Shown here in pieces: positions 1 through 13,855 of a stretch of 64,000 nt of DNA. Numbering within the stretch: position 1 is the stretch's first letter; each line of letters opens with the position of its first letter. Below the pieces are notes generated by a model that saw only the letters and a program-made list of their open reading frames with translations, made no database searches and was not told where the DNA came from. Origin of the DNA: Eledone cirrhosa (Eukaryota). The stretch lies in assembly GCA_964016885.1 (NCBI GenBank), contig OZ024750.1, forward strand, positions 3,100,001-3,164,000, in the 5' to 3' direction. The translations under genes and the position numbers were made by a program.

Positions 1-686
1 CTGAAAAAAGAATGATTTGTGTGTGTGTGAGAGAGAGCATGGATATCAGTTAATTATATTATACTATCACTACTAAATTGATATATGACTGGACAATGAG
101 GGAGTACACTCCCTGACATCATTCAGAACTCTAGATACATGCTGGCTACTTCATGGTCCCAGAAGTGGACATATTAAAGAATAGGTTACCCCCAGAAGAT
201 AGCAAGGGAGATATACTGAAATAGCCATTCCATCAACTTCTGTTGCAACTAAAGAAAACCTAGAGAGGAATTCATAGAATTCATCTGTTGCTAAAGATGT
301 AGGAATGGGAAGAAAGCAAATGGAAACATCAAGTCTTTGGGAATGTGACAAAGCTAACAAAACAATAACAAATACCATATCATCTGTGAGGTGATATGTG
401 AGATGCAGGAATGAGTTACATAGGTGTTGGATATTTTGTAAATTATAAAACGGGTGCATAAATGAAGAGGTAAGAGGATTACTTAGAAGATAGAGACAGT
501 TATCTGCGTGCAGTCATTTCAAGTGAATAAAATGCAGAGTAGCGCTAATGATAAGATAGTATCAAAAGTTCACAGAAGCAGAAATTCTTTCTAGGTATGT
601 TCCATAATTAATAACAAATGGTTTCTTTGTTCATAAAACATACAGAACTGTATGATGTTTCTATTAGAAATGGTACTGTGCTAGTA

Positions 687-880
687 ATAATGGTTTCTGA
701 TTTAGGCACAAGGCCAGCAATTAATTACCCCAGTTCATTACTGGTACCTTATTTTATCAACTCCGTAAGGATGAAAGGCAAATCTAACCTCGGGAGGATT
801 TGAACTCAGAATATAAAGGGCCATAACTCTATGCTGCAAAGCACGGCGTCTGATGCTCTACCGATATTGCTAATCCACCT
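687..880 (-). mobile_element. tRNA-derived SINE family A copy
   Basis: Minus strand has an A-box-like head, B-box GAGTTCAAATCC and a conserved GCCTTTCATCCTTACGGAGTTGATAAAATAAGGTACCAG domain. Near-identical copies recur across the window. Confidence 0.75.
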
Positions 881-1245
881 GGTTTCTGGTTTAGGCACAA
901 GGCCACAGACTTTATGATTTCTAATAAAAACATTTGCTTCATACAGTTAATATTATGTAGAGAGAAAATGTTTAGTTGTGAACAGAAGTGACAGCTCCTG
1001 GTATTTATTTCCCCCATTTCTTAAACTAGCAAAAATTGTCTCACCACAATCTTCTCCAGCACTAATTAAATTCCAATCCAATCCCTTTTCAGGCCTGTTG
1101 GTGGAGCCCCTCCTCCTGCTTTTGGTTATATCTTAAAGAGTGTAGCTGATGGCAACTTCTTTTGCCGTCTTTTAAGGGTTTTCATCCTAGTTTATAAGCG
1201 ATCTTTATAGCATTTTTGTGCTTTCTTTATACTCCTATCCTCTCC

Positions 1246-1296
<51 letters not shown>

Positions 1297-4200
1297 TATA
1301 TTTATTAGAGAAAATATCAATAAATAAGTAGCTAGGATAGAGAAATGCAGCCCCACCTGCCAGCTAAAAGTATCTTCCACTACTTAGTCTACTATGTACG
1401 CTGGGAGGATATTCTTAGTAAAAATGCTAAACTACAATGGAATCATTATGAGGCAACACAGACTAATCAATGTTGGAGATTATTAAATGGAACTTTAAAG
1501 ATCTGATCGTCTTTAGATGAGTTCAGTTATTCTGATTGCGATTCTATGAATGTAATGAAATCTACTAACTATACACACAAAGAAAAAGAAGAGATATCTC
1601 TTACAATTGAGTGTGAAATATAGGAAATGGAATTTAGACAAAAATCTGAACAAGACTCACATGAATCTAGTAGCAAAGAACCACAGAAAGAAGAACCTAT
1701 TATAATTGACAAGCAGCTGTTGAGGTGCATTTAATAAAAAAACAAACCTTTCTTTTATGCTTTTTAGATACATCAATATGAAAACAGGTGTGTGCTGTTC
1801 ATATCACATAACAGAATTCAAAAGAAATATATTTCTTCATTATAACTCAAAGAAGAAACCTCTAATGAATTATTAAGCTTAATATCAAATAGTCCTGGCA
1901 CAATTACCACAAGACATTCAAAGATACTTTTCCCACAAAAAGAACTATTGCAAATGTTTAAAAATATTTCTGAATTCACAAAAATAGATATACCATATAT
2001 ACTTGAATTTAAGTTGATTGGCAACAGGAAGGGCACCCCGTTGTAGAAACCATGCCTAAAAAAGGGGTTGAGAGGACCCTTCAGTTGTGTCATGGCACGA
2101 CAATCTCTATGTAGTGTTGGTGATCTACACAATAAAGACACCCAGTACACACCATAAAGTGGTTGGTAATAAGAAGGGCATCTAGTTGTAGAAAACTTAC
2201 CAAACAAAGGGTTGGGAGGACCCTTCAGTTGTGTCAAAGATATGACAACCTCTCTTGTGCACTTGGTAAAATGTGAGACTGCACGTAAGTGGGATGCAGA
2301 CCCCCCCCCCTTCCCCACAGCCTGTCTGGGTGGGCAGTAGTTCTGATTTGGTACTGACTAGGTCTATGTAGACCCACCAAACACTTGCTATTAAATAATG
2401 ATGGTGATGATGATGATTACCCATAAATAAATTGTGTAGACGTACTCAGAGGTTATTCGTACAAAACAAACAATTACCGTAATGTTTTTTGCATAACTGC
2501 TGTGTGGAACATAATTTCTTTCTCCTAATTAACTCTTACTATCCTAGACTGATTTAGCAGAAAATATCTAAAAACAGGTTAAATCAGACGTTTTTACAAT
2601 CTTTACCAGCGGCATGGTCACTGTATACATTTGTAGTAAGTTAATGTAAAGACAAACTTTTAATGTGATTCAGCCATAGTACTGTTTTTTTTTTGTTATT
2701 TTTTTACTTTTCAAGCATGGCTGCTCATACTGACGTTAAGGTATTGATCTCAAAATAAATAATATCAAAATCTCATAGATTTAATATTATGTGAGGTAAA
2801 GCCTTTACTATGAAAATACAATAGTATATATAGAGTAATGTAAATGGTAAAGGGTTAAATGTTAATTACTGCAATTAAGAATACAACTTCAACTACATAC
2901 CCATTTATACCTCGAATATGTAGCATAGAAAGAGATTTTCTAAAGTACAATATATTTTGACAGATTAAAAGTTTACACACATTCATTTCAGTAAAAGTTA
3001 GCATTGTACATTTGAAACTTTTAGAGCTTGTTATAAAACTGACAATAGAGGCAAAGGTTTCAAATTTTATGTACTTCATTGATTCTTACAGAACTTTCTT
3101 GTCCAACATATTTTAGGCAGTCTGTGAATAACCCATTACCTAGCAATAACATGACTTTATAATGATAATTCTACTGATGTCTATGGCATAAGGCTTGAAT
3201 GAATGTGTTGGAATTACCATTTACCAGCAGGGTTATTGTTTAGATAGGCTTCGCTTTGATTTGATATGTGTATCTCTTTTACAGCCAACCAGAAACAATT
3301 CTGCTGATACTACATTTCATTTCAAAAATAGACCTCCTAGTAAGAATGTACAGAAATATGACAGGCAGCCAGAAAAACTGAAGAAAATAAGCGATGTTCA
3401 ATTTATTGAAATTATCTTCTCTTTTTGCTATAAATTACCACTAGATTTCTATTTTCTTTTAACTTAGAGAGACATTTCAATTAATTGAAACGTTTTTGTA
3501 TACATCACTCAATGTATCACTGTTTATCTGTATAAATTCCTCTTATTGGTCCACATGAATCATTAGATTGAACTGATTTTGTTTTTAATTATGCAAATTA
3601 TTACTGGCAAAAAAGTTATTTATAAACCTTTTTCTTCATGTAAAAACATATGTTGATTGATCAAAGCAGGCTTATGTAAACAATGCTGTTTAGACGAGGT
3701 TCAATAAGACCGAAAAATGTCAGTAGTTGTCCTTTTGCCAGCAAGTAAAGACCATATTTCCCTCAAGCATGTATATAAATTCTGTAAGATAAATTCTCAC
3801 TGTCTTGAAATTATCTCACCTTTCCTTTAGAAGTTGCTAACAATTATTACAACATTTGGGAATTTCTTCTCAAACTAAAACGGAAATTTCAATTGAGAAT
3901 GTTTTGCATACATCATTCAGTACAGCATCTCTTGTCTTATCAAGTAAGTAAAATATTTTTGGTTTCTTAGAAATATTTTAGCAAAAACAAGAATAAAGCT
4001 TCTTTTTTTTTTATCTTTGTTATTTGCTTCATTGAATTCTTCTTAGTTATTCTTTATAAGAGACAGATAAAGGCACAGGATATGGGATAGAAATGGTTGC
4101 TCACTGCCTCAAACATAATTCTATCAGAAAACAATCCAGAGATATTTAGTTAAACAAAAATGACAGATAAGTTTGCATTTTATCCTTCATGTTGCAATGA

Positions 4201-4902
4201 ACATTGAAGCAATGTTCATGTAGGTGTGTGTGACTGTGCCAGCATGCACATAAGATGTATGTTTATGTGTTTACATAAACTATTCAGATATCTTAAGATC
4301 ATTAAGAAGACAGTTGCTCCTGTGTACCTCATAAACAAAACAAGAAGCTAACAAGTGCAGAAAACCTCATCACCTTCACGAGAAAGTGGGGTAAGCAATA
4401 GAGTAAGACAAGTGAGATGATCTTTTACCCCAATCAGGAACAATTTAACAGGAGCCAACATCGTGGGATTTGATTTCATCTTTTTGGTATTAATAGAGTT
4501 GAATTGAATAGCAAAACTATGTTGATACAAGTTAAGAAAGAGCTAATTATATGAAATTCAGAATGCTGGAACATTAAAATGTCAAATATAAATATAAACA
4601 AATTGGTGCCACACACAAAGGAGATCCAAAGATTAACTAGATTAAAAAAAGCTGCTAATCTATGTGGAAATCTTAGAGAGTTAGTGTATGTACACTAAAC
4701 AACTTAACCATGTTTTAGTAGTCTGTAAAATAATTAAAGGCACCCTGACTACTGCTGATAGTTAACTATGACTAACAAGTCTATATATCAAGCAGTTTTC
4801 CTTACATGTGGCTGTATTTGAAAGCAAAAGAATCATAACTTCTATGAGAAAGAAGAACTAAAACCATTATGCCTTTGATAGAAAATGCATAGCGTATATA
4901 AG

Positions 4903-5104
4903 TATGACGCTAGGCTGAAAAGTTCATAGGCTGACTATGAAGTGTTAATGTTAGAGCGGTGAAATCTTGCATGTATTAATTTCAACTCTTCTTATTAATA
5001 ACTGTATTGTTTCTTTCTAGGGACTATGTTGAAAAATAAACCTCATTTGGTCATTCCCTGAGAGTATCTTGAACAGCCTATAAACTTTTCAGTCGACCCT
5101 CGTA
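4903..5104. mobile_element. Tc1/mariner-type MITE (family M1)
   Basis: TA-flanked, with TIR ..GGCTGAAAAGTT / AACTTTTCAGTCGACCCTCG. Homologous to copies at 40455, 43630 and 53111. Confidence 0.7.
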
Positions 5105-6362
5105 TATTTATGAAAGTGAAACAATATGATACAGACATCATAATACAACAGAAGTTAATGGAAAAGATAATACATTTTAGTTGTGACATGTTACATCAAA
5201 ATTTAAATGTTTTTCTTTTTTTTTAATGGCTTTAAAAAAAAAAAAAAAAAAAATATAGCATTTAAAATGTTTGATTTTTTTATCGATAAAATTGGATAAT
5301 ATTTTCTATATATTAAACAAAACAATCTCTAAATCATGCAAAACAAAAGTGCAGGTAAGCATGGTTGAAAAGTAGTGAAAAGTCATTTAAAGTACTTAAG
5401 AAATTTTTGGGGTATGTTTTAGGATCTAAAATATTTTTATCTGTAAATCTATTTTGGTTTCGTAGATTGTATGTTCTAAAACTGATGAAAGCTTTGTATA
5501 TTATTGTGAAATTAACTTTTAATGTCCTGCACTGCAAGACATTTTTCAAAAGTACAAACCAGCACTATGACTGCATCACATTAAATTTTGAAGTATTTAC
5601 TATAATGCTACAGTTTTTCAAAGTGATCTGTCCACTAATATAATAAAGATACTTCAAATATTTGAATTAGAAAACCTGTTTTTAGATATTTTCAGTTAAA
5701 TTATCACATGAGATTAATTACCAGCCTGGTCAAAACCAGTGGTTTTATTTCATAGAACTGGGGCCAGTTTAGGCCAGGTTGGTAACTAAAGGGTTAAGCT
5801 CATTAATTCCTTAAGTAGGAAATATTTAGGGAAAAGAATTCTTATATTTGAGATTCTGTGCAAAGTGGTTCATGCATTTATCAGTGTTGGAGGAGTTCTG
5901 TGCAAAGTTTCTAACTTAACGAACTAAAGGTAATAAAATGTATTACTTAACTCTTCATCTTTTCATGACTACATTTCTAATTAAATACACTCTATTTTAA
6001 TTAATTAGTGAAACATTTTGAGGAATTTACTAAGATAGTAACTTAAGTTGGAAACCTTACATAAGGGATTAATATAAATAAACCTATATTGTTTTAAAAT
6101 TCTTATTCCATGAAGCATGCATATGAAAAAGGATGTGTTCTTTGTCATTATTTGCTGCACAACTATTCATAATCTCTTTATAGTCTCCCTACATATTTGA
6201 AACCAGGTAAACCAGGTAAAACTTAAAATCAATCATAGTACCAGTCACATCCCCTCTATGCAAGCATCCATGCTACATTAAATTAAAACTTTGAAAAAAG
6301 TGTTAGAATGTTGAATAAATAAGCAATAAATACAGCAAATATTATTAATCACTGATTTTTAC

Positions 6363-6494
6363 CTGTAGTTGCTCTTTCAGTCTTTTAATTTTCCTAATTT
6401 GCTCTTCATCATCTAGATGCTTTATAAAGTAATTTCCTTTCTTAACTAGCTGGCTTACTTTAGGCACCAATGTATTAAGTTCTTCATCTACTTC
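6363..6494 (-). CDS. DMD: Dystrophin-like gene, internal coding exon (132 bp, phase 0/0); counterpart of human exon 39
   Basis: Polypyrimidine tract then ttttag|GAA GTA GAT...CTA CAG|gtaaaa. Translation EVDEELNTLVPKVSQLVKKGNYFIKHLDDEEQIRKIKRLKEQLQ resembles TVKELLQRGDNLQQRITDERKREEIKIKQQLLQ. Too short to appear in the ORF track. Confidence 0.85.
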
Positions 6495-7413
6495 CTAAAA
6501 CAGAAGAAAGATTATTTAGACTAAAACATTTTTTCTTAATAAGCATATAATTGCAAATATGCTTTTTTTTTTGTAAGGAGGAGATGAAATATTATTTTGA
6601 AATCTTTCAAGCTATAAACAATGACTGCTGACATAACCAGAACACTTCAGTTTCATACAGAAAAACTTACATCATGTAATATGACATTTCTATGTAAATC
6701 AAGGGAAATGGTTTCTGTGAAGTGAAGCCGGGTTGGAAACTCAATTTGCCAATAATTCTACACAGTAAAAGAACATTATATTTCTTGTCATATTTTTAAT
6801 GGAGCTATTTTGGCTAGATTCAAATTCCTACCATGAAATATGAAGAGATCATAACACTGTTCTAAAAATCAATTTATAAAATTCAGAATAGAAACCCATA
6901 TTACAAAAGGAATCTATTTGAAATTGTGACAACAATTGACATAAGAAGTGCAATATTACTGGTATCTAAGTGGCAGTGGGCTGCAATGTGAAAAGGCAAA
7001 ATGTGTAAGCATTAAAAAGTCTAATAAATTGGTTCCATTTTGTGCTGAAATACTTAAGTACAAATCATATTGTTCATAGTAATTAACAAATAATTAACAA
7101 ATTTTAAATGTAACTGGAAAAAAATTATAGAATTACATATTAGTTTGAAAAACAAATGGTTTGCTTTTTAAATTATACATTTCAAAAGAGAGAGGTAGAG
7201 AGAAAGAGGGAGAGATAGAAAGAGAGAAGGGAAGTGAGAGAGAGAGAAGGAAAGTCATTTGACTGCAGATATAGTGGGGCACTGGTCTGAAGGGTTTCAG
7301 TCAGTCATATGAACCCTAGCACTTATTTTGTCAACTCTGGTATTTATTTCATCAATCTCTATTTGTTGAACCACTAAGTTGTAGGACATAAATCAACATA
7401 AACACAGACATGA

Positions 7414-7446
<33 letters not shown>

Positions 7447-8076
7447 AAATGTTCAATTTTGCATATAAATATATATATATATATAGTTTCATTCGAGAGA
7501 AATCATCAGGTCCTGGGTAACAGCTCAACTGTCGGGCCCTGACACACGCACACACACACACACACTCTCTCTCTCTGTATATATATATACACACACATTC
7601 ATATATATATATTTCTACTTATCACCCCATTTTCTCATCTGTTCCTTCTACTCACTGATAACCTTATCTCTTTCATGTTGTAGTCCGATATCTCCCTCCG
7701 TTCTCTCAAGGAAAATCATGTCATATAGATAAATTGACTTCTTTCAAATTTTAAAACTTTACACTCAAGCTATTTACAACGTAAGGTTACTAAAATAACT
7801 TCACTTCTTTTCAATGTGCTCCTACAACACTGCTTCTATTTAATCACTTGTCACTATTCCTTCTTCAACAAACACTCTGCTTAATTTCCTCATGAGAAAA
7901 TTAACTATGCTCGATAGCTTTTCTCAAGAATTATTTCTAAAAATATTAACCAACAACAATTCAAAATAAACATTAACCATACAAAGATTTAAGCCCCACT
8001 TCTCCCAACCGTATCGTTCAGACAGCCTAGGGAGGCCCAAATGAACCATCATCTATATACATCCTCCTTAAGCAAA

Positions 8077-8303
8077 TAATGGTTTCTGATTTAGGCACAA
8101 GACCAACAATTTGAGGGTAGGTGGAGGAGAAAGTCAATTAAATCAACCCCAGTGCGTTACTGGTACTTTATTTTATCTACCCCTGTAAAGATGAAAGGCA
8201 AAGCTAACTTCAGTGGAATTTTTACCTAGAACATAAAGGGCCATAACTCTATGCTACAAAGTATGGAGTCTGGCGCTCTACCGATACTGCCAATCTACTG
8301 CCT
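8077..8303 (-). mobile_element. SINE family A copy
   Basis: Colinear with 687-880. Confidence 0.75.
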
Positions 8304-9295
8304 TTTTTGTAACAAATAATAAAACTAAAATGAATTTGTTGGAAATTGCTCATTCTATAAGAAAATATTTCCCTTAATCCATATGATAGGGAAACTTTAG
8401 TTCAAAACTATTGTTTGAGGAATGGATCTTGCAGCATCTTAACACAATTTTATAAATTTGGAACAGATGGTGAAATTATTCAGAGCACAGAAAATAACTA
8501 CAAGAAAATTTTAAACCCATATGTCTAATGTAAAAGAAAAAAAAATAGAAAGAAAGTTTGTTTTTTCTCTCTGCAGGCCAAATATTTTGTACTTTTTTTA
8601 AATTGTAGTCAATACACTGCTTACTTTCTCGTTGGCATGGTAACCAATAGTTATTTATATAAGCAAAGAGGTTTCCAAGTCTTTTCTCCTAAATCTATAT
8701 AAAAAGTGATAATTAAATGTAATATTTTGGCATTCTTCCACAAACACAAGATAGTAGATATTATTTGGGATCAAAAAAAAAAATCATCTGATGAACAATT
8801 TTGAAAATGAACAAAACAAATTTATAAAAGGTATTTTTTTTCTTTCTTTTTTTTTTCCATTTATTTCTTATGAATTAAACTATAATTACAAAGTTTATTT
8901 AAATGTTTATCTTTCACAGCAAGAATTCCTTCATCTAATTGAATATATTTTTTAATCTATTGCAATCTATTACATTAAGTAGAAAAATAACTGAATGAGC
9001 AACAGGCTGATATATCGATATGGAATATTAAAACTAATTCCATCTCAATATATCAAAACAGATAACAAAAAAATATCTAAAAATAGGCATCATATGATTC
9101 TTATGTAGTGTGTACTACATGATCTTATACATTCTGGTGATCATAAAACTATAGAACAATACTATAGATACAATACAAGACATGCTGTTAATTGACAAGA
9201 AAGGAAAGACTAAAATTTTGGAAAATATAAAACTATGAATGTACTTTTATACATTAAAGAACAAAACAGATAGAGATATCTAATGTTGCTGAGGC

Positions 9296-9334
<39 letters not shown>

Positions 9335-9424
9335 ATATGAGTGTGTGTGTATATATATATATATATATATGCCCATCTAACCCATGCTAACGTGGAAGAT
9401 AGACGTTAAACGATGATGATGATG

Positions 9425-9478
<54 letters not shown>

Positions 9479-10049
9479 GTGTGTGTGTGTGTGTGTATAT
9501 TTATAAGTGTGTGCATGTATATATATATATGTGTGTGTGTTTAAGAAATATTTCTTTCTTTTTAAGTGAAAGGATTCTAGAACAAAAGTGATATAACTTA
9601 GAATTATCTAAATGATAATTAGAATGAGGTGGGTACCTAGTAAACTATATATGTATCAAATCCAAATTGGAAAAAAAAAGTGTCTCGGAGTTCTGCAGAG
9701 AAGTTGTGGAGAAGAAAAAATCCAAACTTGCATTAAAATTAATTAGTGCTGTAGTTCTTCAAAGAGTTAATTTCAACATTTTAAAATCACTTGACTAAAA
9801 TTATTTAAACTTTTCATTACCATATTCTTAATGAAATACATTGCATTTCAATTAATTAATGAAAATTTTGGAGTGATTTCTTAAACTTATAAAGTATTTC
9901 ATTGCTAAGGCAGTAACTTACAGTTACAGTTCTTATATGAAATTATTTTGGTAAATTTCAATGGAAATACTTTAAAATGGCTGGCTAGTATTATTTCATA
10001 GAACCAGAACTAGTTTTGTTTCATAGCAACCCTGGGCACCTTTTTTAAT

Positions 10050-10410
10050 TCCATGTGTCTAACACCTGTGGATATGCTTACAAAATCAGAAAACAGCACA
10101 GCTCCCATGACTTTCGGAAACATTTTTTCATGGTCAGAGTTGCTGAAGCATGGAACAAACTACCTGCATCAGTTGTTAGCTGTCGAGACACTGCAGCCAT
10201 CAAAACTTCCATGCTTCCCAAGATTCGCCAACACTACACCTGATATTCCCCCACCATATACATGCACACATGTATCTGTGTTTATATATCATGACTCATA
10301 CACTGTTCACTTTTCTGACATTTGTACATTATTCTATGTACTATATATGCACATTTGATAAGTTGTAGTGCACCTGAGCACTGTACACAATCATTTTCCT
10401 TATTATTATA
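10050..10410 (+). mobile_element. CR1-clade LINE 3' fragment (ORF2 C-terminus, 3'UTR and ATT tail)
   Basis: SNTCGYAYKIRKQ..FRKHFFMVRVAEAWNKLPASVV matches the CR1 motif TRGH..K...R..FF..RV...WN.LP..VV. Ends in tattattat. Confidence 0.8.
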
Positions 10411-11469
10411 ATAGTAAAAGTAAAGGAAAGAAGGAAGGAGTAGCAGAATCTAGACTTCAGTCTATGTGGTATATCTCAGCACTGCCGAGTAGACAATGGC
10501 ACAATGAATATTTCAAGTTGTTGAGCTAAAAAAAATACCAACCTTTTGCTAAAATATCAAAAGCAGAAATCCAACCCCAAAATATTTAACAGTTTAATGG
10601 AGAATATAAAATATATTCCCAAACAGAATCAGTTGTTCTTTGACAACTAGAGTTTACCTACATTAAAATAAAATGTGTCAACGTCAGCTGAAATATGTTA
10701 CTGAGGTATTGTCAATTAGTAAGTGGGAAGAATTAGAAAAGAATGGATGTGAATGAAATATATAAGTAAGTGCTTTAAGACTCGTCATATTCAAAGATTG
10801 TGCATTCATTTGGAAAAGCACTTTTTGTCATTGTCGTCGTTGTATATGAATAAATATTTCTATTCATTTTTCTTTCCAAAGACATTCATTTGTGCAACAA
10901 TATACTTTAATTCAATTTTCAAAGATGCATAAAGATCATAATAGAATAAATATTTCTATAAAAAGAAAAGTTTATAACTATGTCTGGGGTTTTTAAAAAG
11001 CAGTTTTTCTATCTATCACATTTTGAAAGCAAATTTGTGATGCCAATACGAACCAATATGATAAATTTAGACTGCAGAAATCTGAAAAATTATTTTTAAA
11101 TAAATAAACTGATTGATCTTTAAAATTGTGTAAATGTAGTCTTATCAAATAATCTGTCACAGACATTGAGTATTTAAAATAAACTTAAACAGTTATGTGT
11201 ACTGATTTCTGTATTAAAAACAACATCTTTAATATTGTGTTCAACTTGCAGTTCTACTTTTGCAACAAAATAACAAGTTTCCATTTCAGGTCCAACATTA
11301 TCTCACTATTATAATATTTGTTCATTTGTACACTGATACTAACATAATAACACTCAACCATAACATTTGAGCTTTGATGTTTAATAGTAAAGAGCAAGAG
11401 ATAAGCTTATAAAAACAGAAGAGCTGTGAACTAAGAAAGTACTTGACAGTATTTAACTCTTTCATGATT

Positions 11470-11540
11470 GCATATGCACCTTTGATGAGTTGTAGTGCAC
11501 CTGAGCACTGTACACAATTTCATTATTATTATTATTATTT
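11470..11540 (+). mobile_element. CR1 extreme 3' end inserted in a TTAA-MITE
   Basis: gagttgtagtgcacctgagcactgtacacaa followed by (att)n, same as 10360-10410. Confidence 0.65.
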
Positions 11541-12203
11541 AAATACACACTATTTCAATTATTTAATGAAAAACTTTGAGAGATTTACTAGAATCATTAA
11601 TTATTTCATTGCTAAGATTGTAACTTAATGTAAGATTCTTATATAAAATTATGCTGGAAGATTTTAATTTAAATTGGAAACCTTTAAAATGGGTGGTTTT
11701 ATTTCATAAAACCAGAGCTGGTTGATTCCACTAGAAACTATAAAATAACCACCGATAACCTAATAGTTAACACGGCAAATACCAAAGTGATAATTACTGA
11801 AAGAAAGTATACATCCCAGTGCTTTCTCAATGTGTAAGAAGGGAGTAGGTAGAAATTCAATACTGTGTAATCAGCAGTGCAAACAATGGGTAAATAAGAT
11901 ACAGAGGGATCCCTGGCTTACTGAGAGAGAGGCAGGACTTTTGATGTTCTAAATGTACAGTTGTACCTAGCAGTAGGGGGTACCTATGAAATGTAATCCA
12001 TTAAGTACTCAGACAGCTTACTTCTGAATGCAATTGATAGTTTGTTACCTAGGTGATCTAATAATTAGTTCTGGGAGTGGCTGAAGTTAAAGCATAGCTG
12101 CTAAAGTAAAAAATGAGTGACGTTCGAGGAGGAGTTACTAATTTTGTTGTTGACAAAAGGTTTCTATCTCCCCCCCCCCCTTCTGTGTGTGTGCGTTTGT
12201 GTA

Positions 12204-12234
<31 letters not shown>

Positions 12235-12821
12235 GTGCTGTGACCAATGCCATTGGCAAAGAATAAGATTCAGAATATTCTGTTGTTACATGTGTTTTAG
12301 ATGTATATTATTTAAATATAACACTTAATCAGGACACTTGGTGTGAGAGAGAGAGAGAGACTCTCAAACTGATTGATTTTAATTTGGTAAATATAGTAAA
12401 TTAAGTTATGCCAATATTGGTAAGACTGTCATTTGAATAAAAAATAAAAAATAAATTTTTTTAAATTAAAAGAAAAAGGGTTAAAAGAAGCAGAAATTGC
12501 AGAGCAATGTTATGAAGACATTAATGGAATTTTAAATATCTTTTCATCAATATTAATGCTGTGAACTTTTGCTCTGCCATTTTTTACCAATCTGAAGATT
12601 ATTATGCATACTGATGGATAACAGAATTATAGATATGTGGTAAGTTTGACTAACTTCTGCTAATAAACAATTACACAAACACACTGGCTCTAAACAGGAG
12701 AGAGAGAAGAGGTAAAGATGATTTAAATGTTTAGTATTTTCGTTAGATAAGGAAATACAACACATCTTGTTGACAGATATTGGAGGAGGTTTATAATACA
12801 TGAATAAGTAAATATGTAAAA

Positions 12822-13855
12822 TACACATACACACAGACACATAAAGAGACACACACATACAGATACAGACACACACACACATAGATACATAGAGAGACAC
12901 ACACACATACAGATACAGACACACATAGATACATAGAGAGACACACACACATACAGATACATACACACATACAGACACATAGAGAGACACACATACACAC
13001 ATAGATACAGACACAGACACACATAGATACATAGAGAGACACACACACATACAGATATAGACACACACACACATACAGACACACATAGATACATAGAGAG
13101 ACACACATACACACATACAGACACAGACACACAGATACATAGAGACACATACACACAGACACACATATACAGAGATACACACACATGTACAGACACAAAT
13201 ATAGATACACACACACACACACACACATATATACAGAGATACACACACATGTACAGACACAAATAGATACACACGCACACACATATATATACAGAGATAC
13301 ACACACATGTACAGACACAAATATAGATACACACACACACACATATATACAGAGATACACACACATGTACAGACACAAATATAGATACACACACACATAT
13401 ATACAGAGATACACACACATGTACAGACACATATATATACACACACACACATATATACAGAGATACACACACATAGATACACACACACACATATATACAG
13501 AGATACACATATATGTACAGACACAAATATAGATACACACACACACAGATATATAGAGATACACACACATGTACAGACACATATAGATACACACACACAC
13601 ATATATACAGAGATACACATACATGTACAGACACAAATATAGATACACACACACACAGAGATATATACAGAGATACACACACATGTACAGACACAAATAT
13701 AGATACACACACACACACATATATATACAGAGATACACACACATGTACAGACACAAATATAGATACACATACACACACAGATACAGATGCATACACACAG
13801 ACATACATACACTGAGACACACAGACACACACACACTGAGACACACAGACACATG
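12822..13855. repeat. Compound CA/TA/GA microsatellite with a ~50-bp higher-order unit
   Basis: Recurring agagatacacacacatgtacagacacaaatatagatacacac(n)atatatac. Source of the spurious 378-433 aa ORFs. Confidence 0.9.
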
